Below, in pieces: positions 8,684 to 18,792 of a stretch of 53,849 nucleotides of DNA; position 1 is the first letter of the stretch; the number at the start of each line of letters is the position of its first letter. This stretch comes from Bacteroidota bacterium (GTDB lineage Bacteria > Bacteroidota > Ignavibacteria > SZUA-365). The stretch lies in assembly GCA_018224345.1 (NCBI GenBank), contig JAGTUW010000059.1:1-53849 (forward strand), given 5' to 3'. The position numbers and the translations under genes are program-made. The notes beneath the pieces were generated by a model. It searched no databases. It worked only from the letters and a program-made list of their open reading frames with translations, and had not been told where the DNA came from.

Positions 8684-11600
8684 TCACTCGCGGCGGGCTT
8701 CATGCAGGGCGCGCAGTGACCGCTGGTAGACGCGCTTCAATTCCGTCCCCATTTCCAGGAATCGTGTGAACTCCTCCTGTTCGGCAGCATTCTCCATGCG
8801 CTGACAGATCTCCGCAAGGCTTTCCGCACCGAGATTCAGCGCCGAACCTTTCAACGTATGTGCGCTGCGTTGGGCCAACTCCCGGTCCCCCGCTTTCGCC
8901 GCTTCACTCATCCGTTCGATCAGATCCGGCGTCTGCACCTCGAGAATAGAGAGCATCTCGGCAAAAATACTCTCTTGTCCTCCCTCCGCCAACGAATGCA
9001 GTGTTTCTATCGTCTCGCGATTCAGAAGCACCTCGCCTTCCTGTTTCTCACTTCCAGGAGTGCGTTCCCGTTTGGAACCCTTTCCGAGACGGAGAATAGT
9101 TTCCTGTACGACGTCAAGGCGAATAGGTTTGGTGATATAGTCCTGCATGCCCGCATCGAGACATCGTGCACGATCCTCCTTGGTGACATTGGCGGTGACC
9201 GCGATAATCAAAGGTTGTCGATCCACCGGCATATCGTCACGAATATGTTTCGCGGCTTCGAGACCATCCATTTCCGGCATCTGGATGTCCATAAAAATCA
9301 TGTCGTAGGATTGTCGTCTGAGTGCATCGAGCACTTCGAGGCCGTTTGCCGCGACATCCGCACGATAGCCAAGCTGCTGTAACACACGCACGATAAGTTT
9401 TTGATTGATGAGATTGTCCTCGGCGATAAGCATGCGCAGGGGCAGCTTTTCTGCGAGGTGGCGATCAAGGACGGGACCTTCGCGCCGTTCCTTGCGCTCA
9501 TCGCGTTTGTGATCGGTCAACAGAGAAATGATGACATCCAGCAACTGCATATGCCGGACCGGCTTGGTGAGAATGGCCTGAAACAACTCTCCCTTCGGAA
9601 TCCGCCTGTCATTTCTGTTCAGGGAAGTCAGCAGAATCATGGGTACCTGGAGGGACGGGAAACGCTTCTGTATCGTCCGCGCCAGCTCCACACCGTCGAT
9701 CTCCGGCATAAGCATGTCGATGATCAGAAGATCGTAACGGGGTTTGTCGTCGAGCACTCGCAGGGCCTCCGCCGACGACGAGACAGCCAGGCAATCCATT
9801 CCCCAGCCGACGCACTGCAGATTGAGAATGCGACGATTGGTCTTATTATCATCGACAACGAGCACACGACGATCTCTTATCTCCCTTCGCCCGGCATCGA
9901 TCGAACGGGAATCCTTGCCGCCCGTGTCTTCCACCTGTATGGTAAAGGAAAATGTCGATCCCTCTCCTGGACGACTTTCCGCCCAGATTCTTCCTTCCAT
10001 CATCGCCACGAGGCGTGAACTGATAGCCAGGCCCAGTCCCGTCCCTCCGTATTTTTTGGTCGTCGATGAATCTATCTGCGTAAATGAGCGGAAGAGCCGA
10101 TCCATTTTATCGGCGGGAATTCCGATGCCGGTATCCCGCACGTCAAAACGAAGTTGCAGTCTCTGCCCCTCCTGTTCCGTCATGGAAACCGTAATAAAAA
10201 TCTCGCCTCTGTCGGTGAATTTGATTCCATTGGCGACGAGGTTGATGAGAATCTGACGCAGACGTGTTATATCCCCCACAATCACAGGAGGGACATCTGC
10301 ATCGATCAGATACAGCAGTTCCAGATTCTTGTCCTCGATATTTGGTGTGAGCAGATCGAACACTTCCTCTATGCAAGCACGCAATTCGAACGGCTGCTGC
10401 TCCAGTTCCATTTTCCCGGATTCGATCTTGGAGAAATCAAGAATATCATTGATGATGCTCAGCAATCCGTCCCCGCTTTGTCGAATCGTCTCGACATACT
10501 CGTATTGCTCAGAGGTCAGCGATGTTTCCAGCAACAGGCCGGTCATACCGATCACGCCGTTCATTGGTGTGCGGATCTCATGACTCATGGATGCAAGAAA
10601 ATCACTTTTCGCGCCGTCGGCACTCTCCGCCGCCTCCTTCGCGGCGAGCAGTTCCTTCTCGTACCGTTCCCGCTCGTCGGCGAGCATCTGCTCCTCGAGA
10701 TAATGTCCGATCCCGCGTGCGAGTAATTCGATGATTTCTCTGTCACTCTCACGAAATACGCGGGGGAAGGCCTGCCGTGACGAAAAATTCAGTGTGCCGA
10801 ATGTTTCCCCTCTCACGCGGATCGGGGTACCGATAAAAGAGCGGACATGCCAGTCACGAAACACCGGGTGCTCCTGAAAATCAGGATCGTTTTCCGCATC
10901 ACGAATTGTCAGCGTCGCATTCCGGTGTATGACCAGATTGCAGTACGTGTAAGAGAGCGGGAAGCACCGACCGGCTTTCAATTCCTCATGCTGTGAACGG
11001 ACTCTGTAGAGTTCGTATTCATCGCCGGTGACCCGGCTTATGATAGCGGTTTCCATACTGAATATTTCCGCTCCCGTAAGAAGATAGTCTTCGAACAGCT
11101 CATCGTAATTCCCGAAGGGCTGCACACTCAAGCGGTGAATCTGCTTGAGCTGTTCGCTGAACGCGAGCAGACGCTGCTCAGCGCGCTTTCTGTCGGAAAT
11201 ATCATGAGAAATAGAGACCAGACCTGAGGGACGGCCCCCCTGCATCAATAACGAGGTAGTCAGATAGACCCAGAATTCACTCCCATGCTTCGTGATGTTG
11301 AGCACATCACCCTTCCAGCCGCCCGCCAATGTTTGCTTATAGAGATCGCGGGAAAGATTCGCCGGATTTCCCGGTGAGAGAAAGATGCCGGAACGCTGGC
11401 CGATGATTTCCGGCTCTTCATATCCGAAACGACGCAACACCGCCTTGTTAACATACTGAATGTATCCACGCATATCCGTGATGATGACGAAATCGCTCAC
11501 GGACTCCATCACCTGACCGAGTTGCTTGAGCTGCTGATCTCTCCGGTATTTCTCATCGATATCGCGTGTGGTGACGACGATACCATTGATCGATTGCACA

Positions 11601-12115
11601 TGCAGGTAATTCTTCGCCACTGCTTCGAGCTGCATCCATCTGCCATTGACGTGACGCTGACGGAATACCAGCTTTTCCTGATGGCCGGGGTGTGAAAGCA
11701 CCCGCTTCGAGAGCTCGAGTACGCGCTCCTGATCTTCGGGATGAATAAAAGAAAACAAGCTTTTCCCCAACCGCTGCTTCGTACTGTGTCCGCTCATACG
11801 CTCAGCCGCGGATGTTTCGTACAGGATCGCCCCATCGCTGTCGATGACAGTGATCGCTTCATGCAGATTCTCAATCAGGTACTGGAACCGCTGTTCATAC
11901 ACATCGGGGATCGCCTGGCCCTGTCCGGCAGGCTCACCTCCCGAGGCAGTTTCTCCGGTGACGTCTTGCGTCTGCGCATCGTAATCCCGGTAGGATTCGT
12001 CCACCAGAGAGAGAAAGTCCTCGAATGACGGGGAAGCAGGGACAGCGTCACCAAATACTTTCTGCAGCTGTTTCTGCAACAATGAATGCCGATCTGTCAT
12101 GGGAGAATTCTCCAT
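8684..12115 (-). CDS. Large cytoplasmic hybrid sensor histidine kinase (PAS-PAS-GAF-HisKA-HATPase-REC-REC-HPt)
   Basis: 1143 aa with no TM helix. The H-box is [13 protein letters not shown] and the ATPase domain shows DTGIGI...GGTGLGLAI. Two receiver domains are present ([10 protein letters not shown]...[11 protein letters not shown] and [11 protein letters not shown]...[11 protein letters not shown]). A C-terminal HPt domain follows ([18 protein letters not shown]). Confidence 0.93.
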   Translation of the reverse strand: MENSPMTDRHSLLQKQLQKVFGDAVPASPSFEDFLSLVDESYRDYDAQTQDVTGETASGGEPAGQGQAIPDVYEQRFQYLIENLHEAITVIDSDGAILYETSAAERMSGHSTKQRLGKSLFSFIHPEDQERVLELSKRVLSHPGHQEKLVFRQRHVNGRWMQLEAVAKNYLHVQSINGIVVTTRDIDEKYRRDQQLKQLGQVMESVSDFVIITDMRGYIQYVNKAVLRRFGYEEPEIIGQRSGIFLSPGNPANLSRDLYKQTLAGGWKGDVLNITKHGSEFWVYLTTSLLMQGGRPSGLVSISHDISDRKRAEQRLLAFSEQLKQIHRLSVQPFGNYDELFEDYLLTGAEIFSMETAIISRVTGDEYELYRVRSQHEELKAGRCFPLSYTYCNLVIHRNATLTIRDAENDPDFQEHPVFRDWHVRSFIGTPIRVRGETFGTLNFSSRQAFPRVFRESDREIIELLARGIGHYLEEQMLADERERYEKELLAAKEAAESADGAKSDFLASMSHEIRTPMNGVIGMTGLLLETSLTSEQYEYVETIRQSGDGLLSIINDILDFSKIESGKMELEQQPFELRACIEEVFDLLTPNIEDKNLELLYLIDADVPPVIVGDITRLRQILINLVANGIKFTDRGEIFITVSMTEQEGQRLQLRFDVRDTGIGIPADKMDRLFRSFTQIDSSTTKKYGGTGLGLAISSRLVAMMEGRIWAESRPGEGSTFSFTIQVEDTGGKDSRSIDAGRREIRDRRVLVVDDNKTNRRILNLQCVGWGMDCLAVSSSAEALRVLDDKPRYDLLIIDMLMPEIDGVELARTIQKRFPSLQVPMILLTSLNRNDRRIPKGELFQAILTKPVRHMQLLDVIISLLTDHKRDERKERREGPVLDRHLAEKLPLRMLIAEDNLINQKLIVRVLQQLGYRADVAANGLEVLDALRRQSYDMIFMDIQMPEMDGLEAAKHIRDDMPVDRQPLIIAVTANVTKEDRARCLDAGMQDYITKPIRLDVVQETILRLGKGSKRERTPGSEKQEGEVLLNRETIETLHSLAEGGQESIFAEMLSILEVQTPDLIERMSEAAKAGDRELAQRSAHTLKGSALNLGAESLAEICQRMENAAEQEEFTRFLEMGTELKRVYQRSLRALHEARRE

Positions 12116-12405
12116 TCGATAAATAACGGCGCGAAAGCTGAATGATCAATCGGTCTTCCTGAACCTTCGGGACAGGAGGCATCACCGCTCTACGGTGCAG
12201 TCAGGTACTGTGGTTGATGTGCGGGCGGACATGTGCAGCGGAGGAACAGAACGCTTCTCCGTGCGCCAATGGCACTATCCGCCTCCGCCAAGCAATATAC
12301 AAAGGTTTTACCCCCTTCACCGCTTTTCTTCTGTCGGAATTTTGATTTACGCTCCGGCGTTGTTATTAATAGAGAGAACGTTTGTACCATCAGATAGCTG
12401 ACTCC

Positions 12406-13092
12406 ATGAATAACACCACCCAGGTGATGCCATTTTCTTTTAAGGATTGCGCATTATCCGCCATAGCAACCGGTCGCCGCGCGCAGACCCTGCGCGAGTT
12501 GCGGGATCATATACAGCAGGTCCAACCCGACAGCATTTACTATCATTTCTGGGGAGGACGGCTGCAACCGCAATTTGATGAACCGGAATACAACAACGAC
12601 TTCGCGGGCTGGGTTCGTCACGCGCTGCGTGATCACAGCACCGCCGAACAGCTTGCCGTCATAGACCCCACGGAGTTCGAATCACTTGAGGATCTCCGTG
12701 CCGAGATCATCGAAGTGATTGAGGCGCGACTGTATGAACAGGAGATGGTCCCATGGTCAAAACCGGATGAAAAATTTTCCTTCATCCGGTCGCAGATTGT
12801 CGTCTTTGACAGGCATCATTCCCTGGAGGATCCGGCGCGGCTCGGTGACGAGATTCCCCATACCACCACAAGCAGTATTTTTTACCACTTCATCGATGCA
12901 CGACGGCGTTCGCCGAAAGGACGCGACGATTTCTCAAACTGGCTGGAGGGTTTTGGCGACCGCTACGTAGGGCTGATCGAACGACTGGCCGATGTCGATC
13001 CCTATTTCTCTACTCTCAGCGAGCTGCGCAATCAGCTCACGGACGTAATCGAACACTACTTCCATGAAACGGAATCGAAGGGAGGCATGTAA
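12406..13092 (+). CDS. Conserved hypothetical protein with an internal duplication (resembles DUF5752-type proteins, from memory only)
   Basis: The two halves align: SIYYHFWGGRL...DFAGWV...AVIDPTEFESLEDLRAEIIEVIE against SIFYHFIDARR...DFSNWL...ADVDPYFSTLSELRNQLTDVIE. The start is uncertain (TTG 12382, ATG 12406 or ATG 12427). The stop overlaps the treT start (TAATG). Confidence 0.7.
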   Translation: MNNTTQVMPFSFKDCALSAIATGRRAQTLRELRDHIQQVQPDSIYYHFWGGRLQPQFDEPEYNNDFAGWVRHALRDHSTAEQLAVIDPTEFESLEDLRAEIIEVIEARLYEQEMVPWSKPDEKFSFIRSQIVVFDRHHSLEDPARLGDEIPHTTTSSIFYHFIDARRRSPKGRDDFSNWLEGFGDRYVGLIERLADVDPYFSTLSELRNQLTDVIEHYFHETESKGGM

Positions 13093-14330
13093 TGGAAAGT
13101 CTTCACGCCTATGCCGATATTGTAGGACACGAAGTCATCGATCAGTTGCGGCAACTTGCCGCACCGTTGAAGAACAGGAAAGTCGTTCATGTAAATTCCA
13201 CGCGCATGGGAGGAGGCGTAGCGGAAATTCTCAACAAGTTGATCCCACTGATGAATGAGCTCGGGATCGAGACACATTGGGAAGTCATTAGCGGCAATAC
13301 GGATTTCTATCAATGCACCAAGAGTTTTCACAATGGGTTGCAGGGGAATACGGTCAACATCCCGTCGAATCTGCTGCGGAACTTTGAAGAGACGAACAGA
13401 GAAAATGCAACCCTGTTGCGACCTGCGTTGCAGGACGCGGACCTTGTGTTCATTCACGATCCACAGCCCGCACCATTGTTGGAACATATTTCCGATCGCA
13501 AGGGGAAATGGATATGGCGCTGCCATATCGATGTCAGTCACCCGTATCGTCCGGTATGGAAGTATCTGCGACCTTTTCTTGCCGGGTATGATGCCAGTAT
13601 CTGGTCCCTTCCCGATTTCGCCCAGACACTACCACATCCACAGTACATCATTCCGCCGAGTATCGATCCCCTCAGTGACAAGAACATCGCATTGCCCGAG
13701 GAAGAGATTTCCGGTATCTATGCGGAATTCGACATCGATCCGGATCGCCCACTGGTCACCCAGATTTCCCGTTATGATCGCTTCAAGGATCCGGTCGGCG
13801 TCGTTGCCGCGTATCAGCTTTCCAAGAGATTCATCCCCGGGTTGCAACTCGTACTCGCCGGAGGCGGTGCCAGTGACGACCCCGAAGGCGAAGCCGTTCT
13901 CGATGAAGTCTATGCGGCGGCGAATGGTGATCCGGACATAAAGATCCTGCTGCTTCCGGCCGATGCGCATCGCAAGATCAACGCTCTGCAGCGTGTCAGT
14001 GATATCGTTCTGCAGAAGTCCACCCGAGAAGGCTTCGGGCTCACGGTCACCGAAGCCCTCTGGAAAGGCAGGCCGGTGATCGGCGGCAACACCGGCGGTA
14101 TTCGCCTGCAGGTGATCAATCACCATACGGGCTTCCTGGTCTCCACACCGGAAGGTGCCGCCTTGCGTATCCGTTACCTGCTCAATCATCGGGACATTCT
14201 CGAACACATGGGAAAGACAGCGCAGGAATTCGTCCGCGACCATTTTCTCCTCACCCGGCACCTGCGCGAGTACCTTACGCTCATGGTCATTCTTTCCAAA
14301 AACAACTCGGACCGCATCATGCTGTCCTGA
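13092..14330 (+). CDS. treT: TreT-type trehalose glycosyltransferring synthase (GT4)
   Basis: There is block-by-block similarity to archaeal TreT as I remember it: VHVNST..GGGVAEIL, F...K.FHN.LQGN, HDPQPA, W.WRCHID.S, PPSIDPLS.KN, DPDRP..TQ.SR.D..K, DDPEG, REGFGLTVTEA.WKG.PVIG and GGI..Q. Confidence 0.85.
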   Translation: MESLHAYADIVGHEVIDQLRQLAAPLKNRKVVHVNSTRMGGGVAEILNKLIPLMNELGIETHWEVISGNTDFYQCTKSFHNGLQGNTVNIPSNLLRNFEETNRENATLLRPALQDADLVFIHDPQPAPLLEHISDRKGKWIWRCHIDVSHPYRPVWKYLRPFLAGYDASIWSLPDFAQTLPHPQYIIPPSIDPLSDKNIALPEEEISGIYAEFDIDPDRPLVTQISRYDRFKDPVGVVAAYQLSKRFIPGLQLVLAGGGASDDPEGEAVLDEVYAAANGDPDIKILLLPADAHRKINALQRVSDIVLQKSTREGFGLTVTEALWKGRPVIGGNTGGIRLQVINHHTGFLVSTPEGAALRIRYLLNHRDILEHMGKTAQEFVRDHFLLTRHLREYLTLMVILSKNNSDRIMLS

Positions 14331-14354
14331 ACCATACGACGGAGTGTCCCCACC

Positions 14355-15140
14355 GTGCGGATTCTGCATAATGACAACACACTCGTGAATTTCTTTTTGC
14401 GTCTGAGAGAAAGCAGGCAATCACTGCTCCTGCTCGACTATGACGGGACACTCGCTCCCTTCACACGTGACCGTGATAACGCACATCCATATCCGGAGTT
14501 ACGGTCTGTCCTTGAGGAGCTGCTGCATGAGGAAACCTGCAGAATGGTGATCGTCAGTGGCCGCACGGTCGATGATCTCGTTCCGCTCCTGGATCTTGAT
14601 CCCATGCCCGAACTCTGGGGCTCGCATGGCTGGGAGCGCCTGCATGCCGATGGTACCTATGTTCTACCGGATCTTGATAACGAAACGGCGGAATTACTTG
14701 CACGCGAGTGGGAATGGCTCACCGATAGTGTCCCACACGACAGTATCGAGCGTAAACCAGCATCCGTCGCCCTCCACTGGCGTGGTCTCGATCAAATTGA
14801 CCAGGTGGCATTGCATGCGGTAGCGATCAGGCGATGGAGGAAACTGGCTGAATCGACACGGCTCGAACTGCATCCATTTATCGGCGGACTGGAACTTCGC
14901 GCCGAGGGACGCAGCAAGGCCTATGCCGTTGAGACCCTGCTCTCGGAGTACCAGACGCTACCTGTCACCGCCTATCTCGGTGACGACCTTACCGATGAGG
15001 AAGCCTTTGCCGCTCTTGGTGAGCGTGGACTTCGTGTCCTCGTCCGCAGCGAACATCGCAACACAGTTGCCGATATTCAGCTCACACCGCCCGGCGAACT
15101 CCTGGAATTTCTTGTCACATGGAAGGATCAGCTTCAATGA
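14355..15140 (+). CDS. otsB: Trehalose-6-phosphate phosphatase (HAD superfamily)
   Basis: GTG start 24 nt after the treT stop. HAD motif I is LLLDYDGTLAP, followed by ...VSGR... and a C-terminal GDDLTDEEAF motif. Confidence 0.85.
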   Translation: MRILHNDNTLVNFFLRLRESRQSLLLLDYDGTLAPFTRDRDNAHPYPELRSVLEELLHEETCRMVIVSGRTVDDLVPLLDLDPMPELWGSHGWERLHADGTYVLPDLDNETAELLAREWEWLTDSVPHDSIERKPASVALHWRGLDQIDQVALHAVAIRRWRKLAESTRLELHPFIGGLELRAEGRSKAYAVETLLSEYQTLPVTAYLGDDLTDEEAFAALGERGLRVLVRSEHRNTVADIQLTPPGELLEFLVTWKDQLQ

Positions 15141-16252
15141 GCGTTTTCAATACGATGTTCTACGCAAATCCTCTCTATGACTGGCTGATCGCAGTCGGTA
15201 TCATGTCCGCTGTTTTCCTGATCCTCCTCTTCAGCAAACGCATGATCGCCTCCCACTTGCAGTCTCTCGCTGAGCGAACCGTCACCGACGTTGATGATCT
15301 TATCGCCCAACTGGTTGACAGTATCAGTCCGGTCCTCCTCCTCGTCCTGGGTTTCTATGCCGGAAGCAAGTGGTTGTTGCTTGAAACGGGCGTGCATCAC
15401 ATGCTCGATCAGCTGCTCTTCATCAGCGTCTTCATTCAGCTGGGCTTTCTTGGGAGCAAGATCATGGCCTACCTGATCAAAAAAAGCATGCGCCTGCAGG
15501 AATTCGGGGATCCCTCGTCGCAGACCACACTGGGGGTGCTGGGTTTCATGAGCCGGCTCGTGCTCTGGTCGCTGATTTTTTTGCTCATCTTCGACAATCT
15601 CGGCTTCAATATCACAACACTGATCGCCAGTCTCGGTATCGGTGGTATTGCTGTCGCCCTCGCTGCGCAGAGCATTCTCGGAGAATTGTTCGCATCGATC
15701 TCGATCGCGCTGGACAAACCTTTCGTCATCGGTGACTTTATCATCATCGACACGTTCATGGGAACGATCGAAAAAATCGGTATGCGCACAACACAGATTC
15801 GCAGTCTGAGCGGCGAACTGATCATCTTCTCCAATACGGATTTGCTCAAAAGCCGAATCCGGAATTTCAAGCGCATGCAGGAACGCAGAATCACGTTCAA
15901 ACTCGATGTCGTGTATGGCACACCCTATGACACCGTTTGCCGCATACCGGACATCATCCGCAACATTATCGAAGCGGAAGAGATCGCCCGGTTCGACCGC
16001 GGTCATTTCAAGGAATACGGATCATCCTCTCTCATTTTCGAATTTGTTTACTATGTCCTCGCCCCGGACTACAATGTCTACATGGATATTCAACAGCGAG
16101 TCAATCTTGCCGTCTACCGGAAATTCGAAGAAGAAGGCATCGACTTCGCCTTTCCAACACAGACAGTACACTATTTCTCTGCGCGGAAGCAGGCTTCCGG
16201 TGAGGAGAAAAGCCCACCCGCCGAGATCACAGACCAGGAGGAGACATCATGA
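15137..16252 (+). CDS. Mechanosensitive ion channel, MscS family
   Basis: The ATG at 15137 overlaps the otsB stop (ATGA). N-terminal TM helices are followed by the pore-helix/beta-domain signature LGIGGIAVALAAQSILGELFASISIALDKPFVIGDFI. Confidence 0.88.
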   Translation: MSVFNTMFYANPLYDWLIAVGIMSAVFLILLFSKRMIASHLQSLAERTVTDVDDLIAQLVDSISPVLLLVLGFYAGSKWLLLETGVHHMLDQLLFISVFIQLGFLGSKIMAYLIKKSMRLQEFGDPSSQTTLGVLGFMSRLVLWSLIFLLIFDNLGFNITTLIASLGIGGIAVALAAQSILGELFASISIALDKPFVIGDFIIIDTFMGTIEKIGMRTTQIRSLSGELIIFSNTDLLKSRIRNFKRMQERRITFKLDVVYGTPYDTVCRIPDIIRNIIEAEEIARFDRGHFKEYGSSSLIFEFVYYVLAPDYNVYMDIQQRVNLAVYRKFEEEGIDFAFPTQTVHYFSARKQASGEEKSPPAEITDQEETS

Positions 16253-17760
16253 ACGACGATGCCCAATCTTCACACGGACGACTCATTATCGTCTCCAATC
16301 GCCTCCCTGTCGTGTTCGAACGTACGGGGGAGGAACTGACATTCCGTCCGGGATCAGGAGGACTCGTCACGGCGCTCGCACCTGTCCTGCGTGATCGTGG
16401 CGGAATCTGGATCGGGTGGTCGGGTCTCCCCGAGAGCGAGCAGCAGGCGGTCGACAAGCTGTTGAGCGATTCCTCGGTAGCTTCCGGATACGCACTCCGC
16501 GCAGTTCCCCTGACGCCCCGGGACCTCGATGATTACTACTACGGATTTGCCAACGAAATACTCTGGCCATTGTTTCATGACCTTCAGTCGCACTGCAACT
16601 TCGATCCTTCTTACTGGGAGGCATATCGTCGGGTCAATCATAAATTTGCACTGAAGACGAAGGAAACGATCAACGAAGATGATTTCATCTGGATTCATGA
16701 TTATCATCTCATGCTCACTGCGGCATCGCTGCGCGAACTCGATGTCCGCAATCCTCTGGGATTCTTCCTGCATATTCCATTTCCGTCTCCGGATATCTTT
16801 ATCAAACTCCCATGGCGATTCCAGGTTCTTCACGCATTGCTTTCCTTCGACCTGGTCGGGTTTCAGACCATGCGTGACAAACGAAATTTTGTCCAGTGCG
16901 TGCGCATGCTTCTGCCCGATGTCATCGTTCGTTCCGAAGGGGCATTTCACATCATGCGTCATGAGGGGAATGAAGTACGCGCCGGCGTGTTCCCCATCAG
17001 CATCGACTTCGGTGAGTTCGAACGACGCGCGAAAAGTGAGGAAGTCGCCAAGTCCGCCTGGTATCTGCACGAGGCGTTGCCGGATCGCCAGATCATTCTC
17101 GGAATCGACCGCCTCGATTACACGAAAGGGATACCGTACCGTCTCCAGGCCTATCGCAATGCGCTGCGACGCTATCCCGCCCTCAGAGAAAAGATCACGC
17201 TTGTCCAGGTCGTCGTCCCCAGTCGTGCTGACATTCCAAAGTATCATGACCTCAAGACGGAAATCGAGCGGCTCGTCAGCGAGATCAACGGCGAATTTAC
17301 GCTCTCCGGCTGGGTTCCCATTCACTATATTTTCCGCCACCTGACGCGAGGCGAATTGCTCGGGTATTACCGAACTGCGGAGATCGCTCTGATCACTCCC
17401 GTCAAAGACGGGATGAACCTCGTCGCCAAAGAATACATCGCCTGCAACATCGAAAACAATGGCGTACTCATACTCAGTGAATTCGCTGGTGCCGTCGCAC
17501 AGTTGCATCGGGACGCGCTCCTGGTCAATCCCTATGACATCGAAGCAGTCGCGGACGCACTGCACCGTGCGTTCATGATGGATCAGGACGAACGGCGTGA
17601 ACGCATGCGACGTTTGCGGGCGGTGGTAAAACGCTACGATATCTACCGCTGGGTCGAGGCCTTTCTCGGCGCCGCGGTCTCGCGCCACCTGTTCGACTTT
17701 CCCATGATCGCGGAATACATCCCCCCGGAGGATGCTCCGGATCTCGGTGTGTCCATCTGA
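16249..17760 (+). CDS. otsA: Alpha,alpha-trehalose-phosphate synthase (GT20)
   Basis: The ATG overlaps the MscS stop (ATGA). Motifs present: [55 protein letters not shown] and [10 protein letters not shown]. Confidence 0.93.
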   Translation: MNDDAQSSHGRLIIVSNRLPVVFERTGEELTFRPGSGGLVTALAPVLRDRGGIWIGWSGLPESEQQAVDKLLSDSSVASGYALRAVPLTPRDLDDYYYGFANEILWPLFHDLQSHCNFDPSYWEAYRRVNHKFALKTKETINEDDFIWIHDYHLMLTAASLRELDVRNPLGFFLHIPFPSPDIFIKLPWRFQVLHALLSFDLVGFQTMRDKRNFVQCVRMLLPDVIVRSEGAFHIMRHEGNEVRAGVFPISIDFGEFERRAKSEEVAKSAWYLHEALPDRQIILGIDRLDYTKGIPYRLQAYRNALRRYPALREKITLVQVVVPSRADIPKYHDLKTEIERLVSEINGEFTLSGWVPIHYIFRHLTRGELLGYYRTAEIALITPVKDGMNLVAKEYIACNIENNGVLILSEFAGAVAQLHRDALLVNPYDIEAVADALHRAFMMDQDERRERMRRLRAVVKRYDIYRWVEAFLGAAVSRHLFDFPMIAEYIPPEDAPDLGVSI

Positions 17761-17895
17761 GACACTGGCCTGCCGGCGACCGACATCCTGTGACATCGGT
17801 AGCGTCAGAGGCGGCATCACCGCACAACGGAATCGTGCTGTGTGTGGATCGATGAAAGGCGATGATGTTCAACCGGAATCCCGTATGTTGACAAC

Positions 17896-18768
17896 ATGAC
17901 ATGTACGATTCACTTTACGAAGGCCGAGGGAGCGCAAAACGATTTCGTCATCGTCGATGACCGCAGTGCCACACTGGATGATGACACCCGTCGCCGCTTC
18001 ACACGACGGATCTCCCACCGGCGGCGCGGTGCGGGTGCAGACGGCGCCATCTTTATCGATGAAGCCGTGACGCATGACTTCTCGATGGCGTTCTACAATC
18101 CCGACGGGTCCGTCGGGAGTATGTGCGGAAACGGAGGACGCTGCGCCGCACTCTACGCATTGGTCAACGGCATCGCCACGAGCCCGATGCGCTTTACAGT
18201 CCTGGGGGTACCCTATGCCGCAGAGGTGGACGGAACACAGGTCCGTCTTTCCTTCCCGCCGCCATTGCAGATCGAACGGGACATCGTGCTTGAGAATTCT
18301 CTCGGTACAATGAGGGCGGACTACATCGACAACGGGGCTCCCCATCTTCTGCTCTTCACCGATGATCTTCCCGCGGAGTTGCAGACGACGCTGGCAGGCA
18401 TTGACCTCACCCGGATTGCCGCAGAACTCCGCCACCACGAACGTTTCGCACCCCGGGGGTGCAATATCAACATCGTGGAATTGGATGCCGGGGGAGTGCT
18501 GAGCATTCGTACATTCGAAAAAGGCGTCGAGGCCGAAACCGAAGCCTGCGGAACCGGCACACTTGCAGCGGGAATGATGGCGCATCTCCGCTTCGGCCTT
18601 TCTCCTCCGCTGAATATTCGTACGCATGGAGGAGATATTCTGCGTATCCATTTTACCCCGACCTCTCCCACCCCGCACGATGCACCCGCATATTTTTCAC
18701 GTGATCTGCTGCTCGAAGGACCGGCGGTACTCGTCTTTGACGGATGTTACAGTATGAATGTCGATTGA
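17896..18768 (+). CDS. dapF: Diaminopimelate epimerase
   Basis: F.K..GAQNDFVIVDD is present, along with both catalytic-Cys contexts (MCGNGGRC and EACGTG). Confidence 0.92.
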   Translation: MTCTIHFTKAEGAQNDFVIVDDRSATLDDDTRRRFTRRISHRRRGAGADGAIFIDEAVTHDFSMAFYNPDGSVGSMCGNGGRCAALYALVNGIATSPMRFTVLGVPYAAEVDGTQVRLSFPPPLQIERDIVLENSLGTMRADYIDNGAPHLLLFTDDLPAELQTTLAGIDLTRIAAELRHHERFAPRGCNINIVELDAGGVLSIRTFEKGVEAETEACGTGTLAAGMMAHLRFGLSPPLNIRTHGGDILRIHFTPTSPTPHDAPAYFSRDLLLEGPAVLVFDGCYSMNVD

Positions 18769-18792
18769 TGGTGAGGCGATAGGTCGGGCGGT

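Noticed and set aside
12270-12288. TGGCAC upstream of the trehalose operon, considered as a sigma-54 -24 element.
   Set aside because: The downstream GC lies 2 nt too close (TGGCACTATCCGCC), so the -12 element is mis-spaced relative to TGGCAC-N5-TTGC.
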